Assembly (NCBI GenBank): GCA_051362555.1
Contig: CM120640.1
Coordinates: forward strand, 20,522,001 to 20,586,000
Source of the DNA: Lingula anatina
Lineage: Eukaryota > Animalia > Brachiopoda
Reading direction: 5' to 3'
DNA length: 64,000 nt
The position numbers and the translations under genes are program-made. Shown here one piece after another: positions 25,135-37,348 of the stretch. The notes under the pieces were generated by a model, which made no database searches, was not told the DNA's origin, and saw nothing but the letters and a program-made list of their open reading frames with translations. How positions within the stretch are numbered: the stretch's first letter is position 1; each line of letters begins with the position of its first letter.

Positions 25135-27405
25135 TTATGACTTTTGATGTATGGCCATATGCCTCCTTAATATGGAAGCATCATTAAACTTTCTAGCACA
25201 CAACTGGCACTGAAATGGCTTTTCTCCAGTGTGGATACGTTTGTGGCGTGTTAGAGCACTTTTCTGTGTAAACCTCTTCTTACATTCCTCACAGGCATAT
25301 GGGCGCTCTCCTGTATGTGTTCGCATGTGCGTATTCAGTGCACCACGGGTGTGCATCTGCGTCCCACAGACTTGACACTGGTATCTTTTATGCTCGTTGT
25401 GGGTTTCCAAATGCTGTTCATAAGACCTCCTATAGTAATACGGCTTACAGCAATGTGGACACCAGTATACAGGGGTACCTTCATGCATTCTCTGATGCTC
25501 CAGTAAATAATACTTGCTGGCATATGCATTGCCGCATTGCTCACAGACATATGAGGGAGGGTTGGCACTGTGTGCCTTAAGTTTGTGTACCTCCAGGTAC
25601 TGTGCACTGGCAAATAATCTTTCACATAATTCACAACGGAAAGATTGAGATTCAGAGGTGTGTCGTTTTGTGTGCAAATACAAACCTACTTTGGTTGTAA
25701 ATTTTTTTCCACATATCCTACAAACATGCCTAACTTTGTAGTGAACTTTTTCCAGATGGCTTTTCATATCAGCTCTGATACCAAACATCTTGTCACATAA
25801 AGAACACTGTAAAGACTTCTGCAGGTGCTTTCTTTTCATGTGAACCTTGAAATGGCAACGGTATTCACTTTTAAAGTCACAGTATTTGCAGGATACTTTC
25901 CCTTTCTCTACTGTACAGTGAGGTTTTATGTTACTCCAGTTAAATGACTTCATTTTCTTAGCAACATCGTTCGTCTCTTTCATTTTTCTATCAATGCCAC
26001 CAGCATTCAGTGGATTGTCCTGTTGAGTCCTTATGGTGGAAGTTTGTTGAAATGTGTCACCAACAGGATTATTTTCCATTTGTAGCATGGTCATCTCACC
26101 GAATTCTGTCCCTGACTCAGCCCCTGAGTTTAGATTTTTCTCACATCCTTTTAAATGCGCCACCAAACCTGTTTTCTTGGCAAATTTCTCTCCACACTTA
26201 AGACATGGAAAATTACTTGGGGGTCTTTTCACCTTCTTTTTCCCACCACAACTATGCAATTGCAGGTAGTCTGACCGCTTATATGTTTTTCCACACAGAT
26301 GACATAAATATCTCAGCTTCCAGTGCTTACATGCCAAATGATCCTTCATGCTTGCTTTGTCTTTACCTACCAGACCACACAGAGAACAGACCCATTTCTC
26401 CAGCATATGTTCATTCATAATATGGTTACAGTAATCATTGCAAGTCTTTGAAATAACATCACAGAAGTCACACATTTGTTCATATTTGTTGGCATCTTCT
26501 ACTCCCAGGGCTACAGACTGTGAATTAGTGTTTTGTCCTTTCCTTGCAGCATTCTGTAAACAATACCTCTTCCTGAGTGGTCTGCCTAGAAGTACAAAAA
26601 GCACATATTTATTATTTTTCTGCATGGACGAATAAACTGCTAACTACAAATCATTGGCCATTCCTCAGTGTTTTCCTTCTTTTTCATATATTTTCTTGAT
26701 ACAAAAATCATTAAGAAAATCTTTTATCCCATGAAAAAGAAATTAACTTGCAATCTGTACTCCATCTTCTGTGTATTTACCTCTTTTCGTCCGTGGCATA
26801 ACTTTATGGAGATTTTCACCAGGGTCCATTTCATTGCTTTTATCTTCCTCTAAATGATGCTCTTCTTGGCTAACACGTACATCATTCTTTATACCAAGGC
26901 TCTCTGTCCATATTGGGGTGTGATGACTCGGAGCAAGTATTTTGGCACTGTTGTCACTTGCTGCAGTATTCATGTCTCTTATGACGCTACCTTGGCTGAT
27001 TTTACCAACTGTTGGATTTTGCATCACATAAGCTTCACTGTGCATTTGGCCAAGTTGAACAGGAATAGACGATGAAAAAGATGATGATGATGATGGTGTG
27101 CAATCTTTTGGGTCTGCGGACGAACTACAACCTTGTACTAACCTAGTCCCCAAATGTCGATCATACTCACTAGCTAAAGCATCATATAAATCACGCACTC
27201 CTTCCCAGCTACCTTGAACGTGGCACTGTTTAATAGGACTGTCATCATGGTTAGCGTCAAGTTGTTCGATTTTGCAGTCTCCGACGACCCAATTCTGACG
27301 CAAGTTCAGCACGCTGCTCAAGTCAGTGACAGTTTTTGTAGCATTGGGTATAGTCTGCAGAATTTCTTGGGCAATAATAGCTGTAACAGAAGTATAAACT
27401 GGCAT
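25135..27405 (-). CDS. C2H2 zinc-finger protein (~13 fingers, ~691 aa), two coding exons 27405-26781 and 26585-25135; N-terminal uncharacterised domain and AT-hook-like motif
   Basis: The two ORF-track ORFs (26743-27405, 25135-26625) join in frame through a 195-nt GT-AG intron (AAAAGAG|gtaaat ... tttttgtacttctag|GCAGA), giving PRTKRGRPLRKR. C-terminal fingers have canonical HTGERPY/HTGEKPF linkers. Confidence 0.9.
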
Positions 27406-28087
27406 ATTTGTACTAGTGCCCTCAGTAGGGAAAACCTAGTTGAGCGGCATTGATACATGTAGCGTATCGAAATAGAACTCCACAAGCTGAAGAGTTACGC
27501 AGATACGCGAAAGAGAAGTGAAGAGCTGTTCGTGGCTGCGCTCAAGAAATATTGAAAGAAGTAGAGTCTTCATCAACATCTGGTTTGATAATGAATTATT
27601 ACCTTTCATTCTTCATTTGATTGTCAATCTGCCAACAATACCTGCCTCATGAAAAATCCAAAGACATATGTATCGTCATTGATAACCATAGCCTACATTA
27701 TTAGGCCTACATGTAGGTGCCATATACATGTACAATATGTTTAAAACATAGAAAATTATGTAAATTCAAAAATAAATAAATAAATAAACAAAACAAATAA
27801 AATAAAAAAGAAATAAATAAAAAGAAATAAAAAACGCAATTAAATCTGAGAACATTTAAGGGGACAGTAAACCAGCTCGAAGGCCATCAACTGCTGCTCC
27901 CCCCTCCCCCCAAACCGTTCGTTTGCTCTACCTACGACACTGAAAACTAAAGGTAACAAGAAGCACTGAATGATTTAAAATACCTATTTTAGGCGACTAG
28001 ATGAGGGTGTGGACACTACTCGGGGTACCACTAAGTTTTTATTTATTTATTTTACTTTTTCTAACGCAAAAAAATCCCATTGGTTTT

Positions 28088-28363
28088 CAGTGGCGGATTT
28101 AGAGGGGGGTTAGGGGGTCTGGGCTCCCCCTTCGGTTACTGAAAATTATATCACACCAATATATATATTCCCTAGTGAAATTGACTAGCTAAATCATAGT
28201 TCTAAACCGTACCAAAGGGCACCGTTTGCTCTCCAAAACACCAAAAATTGGTCGGGGTCCTTGAGCAGCCACACCAAGGGTACGATGGTCGGCTTCGCCT
28301 CCGAGGCCTGTCGTTCCGGACCCCCCTTCCCCCCTCCTTCGAATAATCATGGATCTGCCCCTG
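28088..28363. mobile_element. MITE / non-autonomous DNA transposon with CAG(T/G)GGCGGAT...AT(C)TGCCCCTG termini
   Basis: Imperfect terminal inverted repeats cagtggcggattt / ggatctgcccctg flanked by a 5-bp direct repeat gtttt; G/C-rich subterminal tracts; related termini at 45404-45571. Confidence 0.75.
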
Positions 28364-30439
28364 GTTTTAGTGAAACTTTTTTAAATGCATAAACATATCG
28401 GCATTTCGATTTAGAGATTCATGTATGTGGGATCGTTCGGACACCATACATGTACATGTATCTGTCTGTGGGTGGATCGTATTTGAGCGTGGATTTATCG
28501 GGATTGTTAAATTTTTTCCAACACTTTCCACTTTCATCTGGCACTTGGATCCAAAGGTACTCGATTTCATATGGGATTATCGGTACGTCAATTTTTTTCG
28601 GTAACAAGAATTATCAACATTTACCCTGGTGTCGAAGTTGAAGTGGTTTAATATTATGGGGATTTTAACTACTTGGCGGAAGAAGTGTGTGTATTTTTTT
28701 TCTAAAATAATAAAGTGGGACTAGTATGTTTTCACAATACTTATAGAGGACAGTCATATCTGTATGTCCATGTATGAACACTCGTGAAAAGTAGTCACAG
28801 AATCTCACCTAGAACGAGTAATACCAGTCGTAATTTGCATAATAATAATTTGTTCATCGCAGTGCGAGCTGTCTATGAGAATACTCACTTGCCAGTTGGA
28901 CATTGTTGGAAGAAGACGTATACTTGTGTGGTGCAGTTTGTGTGGTGCAGTAGCAAGGTCGAGCTTCCATAAAGCAAATGCATGTTTTGTAAGCATCACG
29001 GTTTATTCAATTACATTTGTCATTAAATACTGAAGTCACTTACAAATGCAGGTAATTTACGACAAATACTTACATTGTATAACGCAATTCTTTATGATAT
29101 TAGGCCTACTTTTATCGTTACTGGTATGTCACTCAGAATATTGGAAAACATTGTGACCAGACATACTTGTGACTTACATAAGATTTTTTTTCGTAATGTG
29201 ACCATTACTACCAAGAACTCTGACTTATTACAGTGTAGATAAAAGTAGCCTAATGCTTGTCACAGTTCTGAGCTTCTGACCAATGGGTTCAATTGACCCA
29301 CCAACATGCACATGGACTTTTGGACAACTTCGATGGTTAATTTTTATCAACAAATCTAATGTATCTCTTGGATGTGTTAAAAGATAAAAAATAATTTTAT
29401 TGAGAACAATTAACGCCCCCCCCCCTGAAAAAAGAGTACATGATGGTAGTGGCTACATTCACGGCATTCAGCAGCAAGTGCAATATGTGAACGACCGTAG
29501 TAATAACATGCGCGAATGGAAGGGTTGTGTTTTCAGCCGTTCTTTTCAGTAAGATTTGTCAAATTATTTGAAATATTTCGGATCGTAATTTTGTCGTAAT
29601 TTTAGCCTCTATTTCATCGGTGGTAGCTGAGCCTGAACTTTGGACAAACTAATAAATATGCACGTCATTTCAGTTTTGAGTGTCCTCTCTTCTGTTACAT
29701 TGCATGCATTAGCCGTGTTTTCAGAGCCTGTTCGTATGCCCAAAATTTGTCAACATATGTTTTCTCATTTCAGAAGCCCACTGAGATATTGCGCAACCTG
29801 ACCTGCAAACAACCTACTGTAGCCTTGGTTCATATTCGGGAACTCTACGCCTATTTATGCAATAATTATATAAGGCTGAATAAATACTTCTGTAATTGTT
29901 CTGTGGTTTTTCGTTTTGATATGAAATAATGATACAAAAGATTCTGGTTATAATAATATGAACAGAATAAGAATATATACATGTAGGTATGTTAATTGTT
30001 TGAGCACTTTCAAATTAAATCTGCTAAATCTGATCTGTAAATATTGTTTTGGGATTAACGATTTACTATGCAACCTTGAGATATTTGTTGGAAAAGCCTT
30101 TGTAAATATACACGTTATTTTGTAGACAATTAAATATGGGTATTTGGTAACGAATTAAAAAGTATGAATTTAATTTACGTGTACTGACAACTTAGCTCTT
30201 GATTTTTTCTTAATTTTGATCTACGGCAATCACGATTTTTCCCTTGAGCAAATTTGTTCATCCAAATTGATATAATTTCCTCCAATTTTCTTTATGAATA
30301 CAGGTCCTCTTTTTAGTTTTGATTTTCCTCTGCAAATTGATTTAGTACTAACAACCTCATCTTCATGTAAATACTCCACTAAAATGAGAAAGTATAATTA
30401 TTCTGATGCAAACTTAAATCACACTTAAACCAGGCAAAA

Positions 30440-30854
30440 CTGTCACCCCTCAAATAAAATGGACTCGCCCCACCTGTCACCCCCTCAACTGTAATGAACC
30501 CGCCCCACCCGTCATCTCTCAAATTGAGTGAACTCGCCCCACCTGTCACCCCTCAAATTTAAATGAACTAGCCCCACCTGTCACCCCTCAAATGCAATGA
30601 ACTCGCCCCACCTGTCACCCCTCAAATTTAAATGAACTCGCCCCACCTGTCACCCCTCAAATTTAAATGAACTCGCCCCACCTGTCATCCCCTCAACTGT
30701 AATGAACCCGCCCCACCTGTCATCCCTCAAATTAAGTGAACTCGCCCCACCTGTCACCCCTCAAATTAAATGAACTCGCCCCACCTGTCCTCCCTCAAAT
30801 TAAATGAACTCGCCCCACCTGTCACCCCTCAAATTAAGTGAACTCGCCCCACCT
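30440..30854. repeat. Minisatellite, ~12 copies of a 34-35 bp unit (aactcgccccacctgtcacccctcaaattaaatg)
   Basis: Head-to-tail units, e.g. aactcg at 30739 and 30773; no unique spacers. Confidence 0.95.
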
Positions 30855-31178
30855 ATGCAAATCTCACAAATTGCACTCATTTCAAGCGATAAAACGGATG
30901 TTTTTGAACGTGCCGTTTATCACAAAAGTTTACCTATAGAAAGTGACAATGAAGAAATATAAGTAATATGCACACATAAATCAAAAGTATTCTGTTTAAT
31001 TCCATAAATGTACATACTCAACTATATTTAGTTAAAGAGCTTAAGTGTTGCCTTTGACCTTGTCTTTTCATATTATACAAAAATAAAGTGCACGTAGTTT
31101 GTGCATTTCACTTAGTTCAGGTTATAACAACATAATTACGAGGAATATGATATTCATATGCACACTATTGAACAAACT

Positions 31179-31248
31179 GTCAAAGTTAAAACACGCTGCC
31201 AAGGAGAACATGAGTCAAAGTTAAAACGCGCTGCCAAGGAGAACATGC
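31179..31248. repeat. Tandem duplication of a 35-bp unit (gtcaaagttaaaacRcgctgccaaggagaacatg)
   Basis: Two adjacent near-identical copies. Confidence 0.9.
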
Positions 31249-32799
31249 ATACGAAAATGATGATGAAAAACGCTGAAAAATATTAATAAAAAATATAAGC
31301 CTGACGTAACGTGAACATCGCTTTAAAATATAAAGGTTCTAAATAAATGAACAATTTGTGGAATAGCAAATTTTGGAAAGTATTCCAATTCTTTATATTG
31401 CGGTTTTATGTCTTAAATTTAACGCAATTTCACAGAAAAATTCAAAGACACAACATAACATTTACACGAAGAATCACTTGGTCAAATAACAGATGTTAGG
31501 GAAATGGAACGGGCTTAAAACAGGATTCAATGTTTTCTATTTTAATGTATAAATATGTACTTCTAAAATGTTATAAATACTGTATGTAGTGTAAATATAT
31601 ACAACCATATGCATGAGTCAGAATAAAATACTAAATGGAAGAAACATCTTAAAACTGGCATATCAAGAATTTACTGGAGTTCACATTCATATTTCGTAGC
31701 ATAATACATTGTATCTTTCTAAACGTGATCTCAGTACGGATTATTTCTACTTTAACAATGTTCAGTTCAAAATGTTTTGTTTTATTCTAAAGAAGCAAAA
31801 AGTTCATTTCAAATCGATTAGATCATAGGATCTGAAAAGTCGCTACATTGTCACATATCACTATTAATTAACTGATGCAATGGAAAACTACCCACCAATA
31901 AAACATTTTTACAAATTGCTCATCATTCGTAATTGTCAGATAATAACTGACAAATGATGGAAATAATATCGTCTTCTACATTGTTCTGTATAAAAGCAAA
32001 TGATACGGTGACTGATCCACTATGCAAACGATCTTATTCGAGTTTCAACTCTCAATATTGTGAAAAATTGCATTTTTATTATGCCGTCTGTACGATGTTG
32101 TGTGCTAACAAAAATTACGTCGTGGCATTTTAAACACTTAACTAATTACACTGTTGATTAACGAAATGAAATTGGGGAGAAGCTGATTTTTTTAAAAATA
32201 AAATCAAATGAGTTCGAGTTCGTCTCAAGGAAAATATTGAAAAAGATCATGATCAATCCCTAGGTATAATTTGAAACCAAAAAAATATCGATTTCTGAGT
32301 ATAATTTGAAAAGGAAACACGCTCGATCCTAGTTTAACATTTTAATTAATAATATAATATGTAAGTCTAAAAGGTTTTGAAAATAACAGTAAAACTATAA
32401 ACATGATGTGGTGCGTGTGTGGGCGTGTGTGAGAGAGAGCGCAGCTGTGTGCATGTCTGTCTGTGTCCAGTTCCAAAATACTGGGACAGCTTCTATTAGA
32501 TGCCCGTGCATTTTGCAAGATTTGAGCAAAGGCGTTGGCACTTCTGAAATATCAAAATAAAAATTTAATAACGATATCAATATGGTATTCCAATGCAATA
32601 AAACTTGGACTATACTGAATTAAATGAAACAGAAATAGTTTTGCTTTTTGAAAAATTAATAGCAATAGGTGAACACCAAACTGAAAAAAAATATTTCACA
32701 GCAAATGTCAATGAATGTAGCACACCAATATCTAGTACACTATGAAAAGAAAGACGCAAGGAATAAAACGACCAGTGCTATTGGAAAGCGTTCTCAAAA

Positions 32800-32831
<32 letters not shown>

Positions 32832-32892
32832 AAATTAAATTAAAAAATTAATAAATAAAAAGAAAAAATAAAATAAAACAAAATAAAAATAG

Positions 32893-32894
<2 letters not shown>

Positions 32895-32943
<49 letters not shown>
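32895..32943. repeat. (AAT)n microsatellite within an A-rich tract
   Basis: About 16 AAT units following (AAAT)n repeats at ~32800-32830. Confidence 0.9.
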
Positions 32944-32947
<4 letters not shown>

Positions 32948-35095
32948 CACAACTGCAACAATTCGTCAAAGGATTACAGAACCGATTGCTCAAAATTTAA
33001 GGGTTTAGAGGGCATAATTATCTGATGCATATTTCAGTTTGTTCATGATTAACGGATATTATTTAATGAATGATTCAACAGCGTGCTTCTATAATATTCA
33101 AAAAGCTATTATACTTAAGTTACTATCAAATCCTGGAAAATATCCTACGGGTGTAATGAATTTTAGTGTCATTGTGAAAACTTACAAAAAAAAGCTTTTC
33201 TCGTTTATCTGCTTTTGTAACAAACATGTCAAACACTTTTCTTAGCATTAAATGGAACGTAATACAGACCAGTTTCTAATGTAGGCACCTGAGAAAGTCC
33301 ACACAAATACATGCACAGCGAATACAAATATGTAAAAACGTTCAAAAATACAAATGTTTTATGTGACTCACGTGCATTGAGTGGCAATTATGTGGCCGTG
33401 CCTGGGCACCTGGAAGTGATATATATCTTTGGGAGCGTACTTTTCATATATTTTACGTAAAATTTTTCTTAAATCCAGTGAACTACTCAGCCACACTTAT
33501 TACCTGGAAATATGGACTCGTAAAAACACGAAAATGCTGCAAATCACCTTCGTTATAAACGATAAAGAGCTTATATGACCCATTCCACAACCTTGTGAAT
33601 TAAAACAAACAGTTCAGTACTTGTTCAAACTCAAATCACAAAGGAAGAAGTACGTAAATTACTGTAGCCGTACATACCACATTCGAATCGCAACTTCGTT
33701 CACATCTATGCGCATGTAAAAGAAATATTACCCATAAGATTTACTTACTTCAACCATGTATAATGGGTCCAAGCTACGTGCAACTATGAATGAGATGCTC
33801 TCCGTCCAACGTCCTCTACAGTCTCCAGCTAACAAGTGATCATAGTTCTCACTGCGCTGAGCGACTTATTGTTATGCAAATTACAACAATCTGATTGGGA
33901 AGTTGCTGTTGAAATCATTCTAAAAAAAACTGCGAATCTATATGGTCTTAAAGATCGAGTGACAAAATCCATTTTTATGGTTTTGAGTTCTTGACTGCTA
34001 CAGTTCATTTAGCCATCATAAGTTTCTTAAATCCTTTAATTGCAGAATGCACCAAGACCTACATGTAGGTTATAATTGCCAAGACACTTTTGATAGCTCG
34101 TTGGGTTTGACTGACTTGGTTCGCTCAAATGTCTTTTGTCATGTTAATCTTTGACGAACAAAACGAATAGACTGGAAACGAGGTATTTTCCATTTTCGTC
34201 CAAGCTACCACACATGTATGGGCTTTTATTTTGGACAATCATTGTAGAATTTCTATTGTAGAATTTGTATGTTAAAAGAGACAAATACACTGCGTTATGA
34301 TTTATGCAATTTCGGAATGCCCATATCTTTTGTCGCTAGTGTCATTTTGAATCATGCACAAAATAAGTAATAGAACAATTTCATAATTAAATAAATAAAT
34401 ATGCAAACATATTTTATTATAGATACACTTTTAGAGACAAAATCCAGGGAAGATCCAGGCTTGGGAAATTTTGTTCAATTTTTTTTTAATTTTCCCGTTC
34501 GCCTTACATGTGCAGTGTTAAAAGTTACCTCTGCTAAGGTTCCGTTTGTCTATGCAAAAAGTTTTGGAGGGATTCTGATAAAATTTTCACGATAGCTAGG
34601 AAATGGGTTAGATTTTGGTGGTGATTAATTAATCAGTTAACCAATCAAAAATGAAATTGGAACTTATTTATTAAAAAAAATTATATAGTTGGGGATATTT
34701 TACATGTACATATGCAGAATTACAGGTAAGATTTTCAGTTGTTGCCATCACGAGCTTGATTCTTTATTTGTCAAGTTATTTGACCGTAAATATGTGTAAA
34801 GTGTTTCAAATGATGTTAAATAAACACAATCAATAACATCTAGAGATTCAATTTTGTAATGCTTCTTAATTAGAAATCAATTGGACAAATATTTATCTTT
34901 TAAATGTGCATATTTACCTTCAGAAATGATAAAGAGTTCTAATACTATACAATTTTATTTGTCTTCTGGTTGTATTTTAAACTCATATCATTTTATCTAC
35001 TAGCTGTCTAAAAACAAATGCAAACTTTTACCTCTGGAGTCCTTGACAATTTTCTGCATATATAATAATTAAAAGTCCCTACTACCAAAAGTAAT

Positions 35096-37348
35096 TTATC
35101 TTAAATGGATTTGTGAGTGCTTTTTCAATGTGGATACATCACTGAAAGCTTTGCAGCAGACAATGCAAACATAAGGTCTCTCTCCTGTGTGAGTAAGTTT
35201 GTGGCGATCAAGGTGATTTTTCGTAAAGAACGACTTGCCACAGTCTTGGCATTCATGCTCCCTCTTCCAGCTGTGCCTCTTCACATGAATCTTCTGAGCA
35301 GGTAAGGATACAAACTGTTTTCCACAAATTGGGCACAGGTAACGATTTTTATCCGTGTGGAGCTTAAGATGTTGTTTTAAACATTTCTCCCTGTAAAAGC
35401 CTTTGTGACACACACTGCACTGGAAACCTGGCTTCTCAGCGTGTGTCTGTACATGCTCAGTGTACATGCATTTATGAGTAAAACCTTTACCACATACTGC
35501 ACACACAAAGGGCATGGGACCCTTGGGATGGCGCCGTTTTTTGTGTGCCTTCAGGTGAGAAGCATGGTAGAACATTTTTCCACATTCATCACACTGGGCT
35601 TCTACAGGATCTGCTTCATGTCTTTTCATGTGAAACTTAAACCCTAAATCAGTGGTAAAAGTCTGTGTACACACATGACATATTATACGGTCTTTAGCAG
35701 GTTTTGGTAGATGTTTGCTCTCTATATGTCTTCTTAAATCATTCTGTACAGCATATTTCACACCACACATGGGACAGGGCAGCGTTTTCTCCAAATGTCT
35801 TCTTTTCAGATGATTGATAACTGTTTGCCTATATTCTGTTCTGTAGTCACAGTAGTTACAACAGAATATACCATTTTCTACAGTGCTGTGAAGTCCCAAG
35901 TTATCCACTGTCAACAAGGCAGTTGAATCTGAGGGATTACCAGCCTCTGTCGTCTCTTCTTGATGGTCCGTTTTCACATGTGCTACCAGTAAATGTACAC
36001 TGCTAAAAGTCATACCACACTTATCACAGGACACACACATTTCTTCTGTAGCATGTTCCTGCTTATGTGCAGTCAATCTAGCCTTGGTACCAAATGATAT
36101 TTCACATACGGTACAAGTATACTTTGACTTAGTATGGACAGTTTTAATATGATATCTCAAATCAAGTCCGTTTCCAAAAAGGTTTGAACAATCTGGACAC
36201 TGCAGAGATCTTTCCATGTGCTTCCTACTGATGTGCATTTTAAATTCCTTTTTACCCTTCACCTTCGATGCACAGTAATTACACTGCAACATCCCATTTT
36301 TGACGGTGCAGTGTTTTATGAATGATTTCCAAGGCAACTCAAGTGGATCTTCAACATCATTATCTAAACATATTTTGACACTTCCTGCTTCATTTTTAAA
36401 AACACAGCTGTGTTTACCCAGTTGCCTTTTTGTTCCAAAACATTTTCCACATTTATTACACATATATTTCAGCCTCCAATGCTTGGCAGCTATATGGTTT
36501 CCAACAGCAGCTTTGTCTACAAGTTTTAGTGAGCATATGGGGCATATCCGTATGTCATCTTTATTGCCATGTTTGCTGACAATGTGACACTGATAATCTT
36601 TATTTAGGTGGAAGACTGCCTCACAGAAATCACACTTTTGTCTATATCTGTCCATATCTTCCAAAGTTAAAGGTATATATCCTGTACCCATATTAATAAT
36701 GCTTCCAGAATCAGCATCACAAAGCTGAAACTCTGATTTAATCTGGGTAGAATCTGGTGCTGGCATAACATTATCAGCATTGGGCTGTAGGGAATAAGAG
36801 GAAGAGTCAAAGGTGTTTCCACTGCTTTGCACAGCAAGATAATTCTCTCCATTACCATTACTAGTAGGCTGATTTGTCTGCTGGGCTACAGCATCTGAGT
36901 GTTCTATGTAACCAAAATCATCATCGGGGTCATCACCATCTTTATTTGTGTCAGACTGACTGCCTAGCAAGGGATGTGAGGATGGAGTTTGATTGGCAAT
37001 ATAACTGCTTTTATGTTCGCTGGTTGTGCACGTATTTGTGGGCTGTACTGGGGAGGTGTCCACCGCTTTTTGTCTTGAGAGATCCCCTGCGCGAATTCGA
37101 ACACCTGCTCGTTCGTCACTCTCAAGTTCCCTATTTTCTGTTGCATATGTCTTAAACAAATGATCATGAAGTTCCTTGATACCATTTAAATCGCCGTTAA
37201 CCCAACAAGTTTGTATGTTTTTCACATTTGCCCAAGTACAATGCAAGTTCCATCTCCCAGCAAGGTTTTGCATAACGGTTGTATTATTGGGGACCCGCCG
37301 AAGAAAGGTCGGAGATATTGCTGCACTAACTGATACAAACACCATCAT
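35096..37348 (-). CDS. C2H2 zinc-finger protein (~16 fingers, 750 aa), intronless CDS; paralog of the 25135-27405 gene
   Basis: Single 750-aa ORF with CxxC-x12-HxxxH repeats and an HTGERPY linker; N-terminal domain and finger clusters align by eye with the neighbouring zinc-finger gene. Confidence 0.95.
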   Translation of the reverse strand: MMVFVSVSAAISPTFLRRVPNNTTVMQNLAGRWNLHCTWANVKNIQTCWVNGDLNGIKELHDHLFKTYATENRELESDERAGVRIRAGDLSRQKAVDTSPVQPTNTCTTSEHKSSYIANQTPSSHPLLGSQSDTNKDGDDPDDDFGYIEHSDAVAQQTNQPTSNGNGENYLAVQSSGNTFDSSSYSLQPNADNVMPAPDSTQIKSEFQLCDADSGSIINMGTGYIPLTLEDMDRYRQKCDFCEAVFHLNKDYQCHIVSKHGNKDDIRICPICSLKLVDKAAVGNHIAAKHWRLKYMCNKCGKCFGTKRQLGKHSCVFKNEAGSVKICLDNDVEDPLELPWKSFIKHCTVKNGMLQCNYCASKVKGKKEFKMHISRKHMERSLQCPDCSNLFGNGLDLRYHIKTVHTKSKYTCTVCEISFGTKARLTAHKQEHATEEMCVSCDKCGMTFSSVHLLVAHVKTDHQEETTEAGNPSDSTALLTVDNLGLHSTVENGIFCCNYCDYRTEYRQTVINHLKRRHLEKTLPCPMCGVKYAVQNDLRRHIESKHLPKPAKDRIICHVCTQTFTTDLGFKFHMKRHEADPVEAQCDECGKMFYHASHLKAHKKRRHPKGPMPFVCAVCGKGFTHKCMYTEHVQTHAEKPGFQCSVCHKGFYREKCLKQHLKLHTDKNRYLCPICGKQFVSLPAQKIHVKRHSWKREHECQDCGKSFFTKNHLDRHKLTHTGERPYVCIVCCKAFSDVSTLKKHSQIHLR

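Noticed and set aside
25299-26635. Multiple + strand ORFs overlapping the zinc-finger gene (likewise 35117-37361)
   Set aside because: Antisense shadows of the Cys/His-rich coding strand.
26626-26742. Frameshift or pseudogene, or two separate genes, for the ORFs 26743-27405 and 25135-26625
   Set aside because: A canonical 195-nt GT-AG intron joins them in frame.
30440-30854. CRISPR-like array
   Set aside because: Units are contiguous with no unique spacers, the context is eukaryotic and there are no cas genes; it is a minisatellite.
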